The notes beneath the pieces are model-generated. The model was given only the letters and a program-made list of their open reading frames with translations. It was not told where the DNA came from and ran no database searches. The translations under genes were made by a program, and so were the position numbers. DNA of 46,180 bases, from the NCBI GenBank assembly GCA_023245235.1, contig JAHFKT010000002.1:16803-62982 (forward strand), in the 5' to 3' direction. Source of the stretch: Candidatus Yanofskybacteria bacterium. GTDB taxonomy: Bacteria > Patescibacteriota > Minisyncoccia > 2-02-FULL-40-12 > GWA2-44-9. Positions 44,850-46,180 of the stretch are shown here, one piece after another (the first letter of the stretch is position 1; each line of letters begins with the position of its first letter).

Positions 44850-46160
44850 TTAAAGACTTAGTTCGATATCAGCCGCGGTCCGTTGGACGGCATTGGCATA
44901 AGAATTGCACGGACCGCTCGAACAGTTAGCTTTGCCGCTATAGTAGGCCTTTGAGGCGGCAATCTCGGCTGCCTTGGTATTTGCGGTTGCACCGGCCCGA
45001 GCCAGTTTTATGGCAGCGGCAGTGAATGCATCCTCCACCTTCCAGGGATCGGCGAAGACCCTGCCGACGATACGGGCAACATCAGCGGCGTACGCGACCC
45101 AGGTCGTCGGAATGAACTGGGCGGGGCCCATGGCACCGCCGTAGCCGTATTGACGGCCGTTGACGTATTGAGGGCATGATACGGCAGTAGTATTGGGGTC
45201 TTTCCCCAATTGAGACGTGATGGTCAGGAATGGTTGGATGTCGTAAGAGTGCATAATGACGCGAAAACCCTTTGAGGGCGGATCGCCGGGGCGATTACAC
45301 TTACCGACATTTTGGCCGAGTCCCGACTCGACTTCCAGCTCGGCGATGAGAAACGCCGGCCGGATGCCGGTGGCGATCGCGGCGAGCTGGCCGTATTTGA
45401 CCGCATCCTCAACCGAAACACCGTTCTGGAGCAAATAATAGACCTGGTCCTGTAATCGCGCGATATCCGTCTTTGATTGTTTGACCAGAACCTGGAACTT
45501 AGATTCCTGACCCTGGGTATCCTTGAGGAGTTTGTCTTTTTCAGCTTTTGATCCCGCCAAACTTCTCTGTTCGACCTGGACCAAGCCCTGCTGTTGTTCG
45601 AGATCGGCCTTCTTGCTCTCAAGGTCAGTTTTTTGGTCTTCTAATGATACCTCGAGGTCCTTGATACTATCGATGGTAAGTTTTAGATCATCCTGAGTTG
45701 TCTTTACCCTGTTGAGATCATTGAAAAACTCGGATAACGTGTCGTTCTTCAGTAAAATACTGGTCAGGCTTTCCTGGTCATTGCGATAGAGCACGCGCAG
45801 ATACTGACCGAGGGTTTCCTGGTCTTTGGTGATCTTAGCCTCGGCATCGCCGATCTTAGTCTCGGTGTCGGCGATCTCAAGATTGGTCTCGGATATGGAA
45901 ATACCCAAGCTCTTCAGTTCCAGAGTGATCTGGCTGATCTTGGCGGTCAGGCTTTTGACCTGGCCCTGAAGGGTTAGTGCCTGGGAATGGATGGTGTCGA
46001 TCTGCTGCTGATAGGCATCGACCTGCTGCTGGATCTCCTGTATCTGCTGATTTTTCGAGGCGATATCATCGGCAACGGCCGCATATACGCCGATTATCGG
46101 ATAAAAAACAAAAAACACGGCCAGCGCGTAAAAACAGCTCTGCATAGGTACTCTTTTCAT
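44850..46160 (-). CDS. coiled-coil (PcsB/CwlO-like) + lytic murein transglycosylase
   Basis: signal peptide, long coiled coil, VESGLG, GAMGPAQFIPTTW, DPW. Confidence 0.85.
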   Translation of the reverse strand: MKRVPMQSCFYALAVFFVFYPIIGVYAAVADDIASKNQQIQEIQQQVDAYQQQIDTIHSQALTLQGQVKSLTAKISQITLELKSLGISISETNLEIADTETKIGDAEAKITKDQETLGQYLRVLYRNDQESLTSILLKNDTLSEFFNDLNRVKTTQDDLKLTIDSIKDLEVSLEDQKTDLESKKADLEQQQGLVQVEQRSLAGSKAEKDKLLKDTQGQESKFQVLVKQSKTDIARLQDQVYYLLQNGVSVEDAVKYGQLAAIATGIRPAFLIAELEVESGLGQNVGKCNRPGDPPSKGFRVIMHSYDIQPFLTITSQLGKDPNTTAVSCPQYVNGRQYGYGGAMGPAQFIPTTWVAYAADVARIVGRVFADPWKVEDAFTAAAIKLARAGATANTKAAEIAASKAYYSGKANCSSGPCNSYANAVQRTAADIELSL

Positions 46161-46180
46161 GTATAAGTATTATACCAAGT

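Noticed and set aside
1-46180. CRISPR array, integrase/transposase, or UGA recoding (code 25)
   Set aside because: No regularly spaced repeats or recombinase ORFs seen. Conserved genes are uninterrupted, and TGA ends genes such as the deaminase and mnmA.

Overview
This window looks like chromosome from a small-genome Patescibacteria (CPR, Parcubacteria-like) bacterium. That is inferred from the infA-rpmJ-rpsM-rpsK-rpsD-rpoA-rplQ-rplM-rpsI gene order, a short AlaRS, tRNAs without encoded CCA and a lone baseplate-J-like gene. The genetic code is standard. Housekeeping genes are the alpha/L13-S9 operon, dus, alaS, obg, a UvrD-nuclease, PBP1A, HU, rny, gpmI, mnmA and 4 tRNAs. They are interspersed with accessory genes, an AT-rich islet (~2.5-7.1 kb) and a family of dispersed palindromic repeats. 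The most striking unexplained element is a ~294-nt RNA (15470-15763, minus strand) with its own apparent promoter and terminator. It reproduces the conserved core of 23S rRNA domain I (about H12-H16, H21, H22), includes a compensatory base-pair swap, and lies directly upstream of a NYN ribonuclease-domain gene. Other oddities are RpoA without an alpha-CTD, many leaderless-type extended -10 promoters, a candidate ECF-sigma-driven sRNA, a beta-barrel-like protein in a presumed monoderm, a TPR-TM-HNH plus protease pair, and a C-terminal motif shared by two orphan proteins. All family assignments come from motif recognition by eye; no searches were run.
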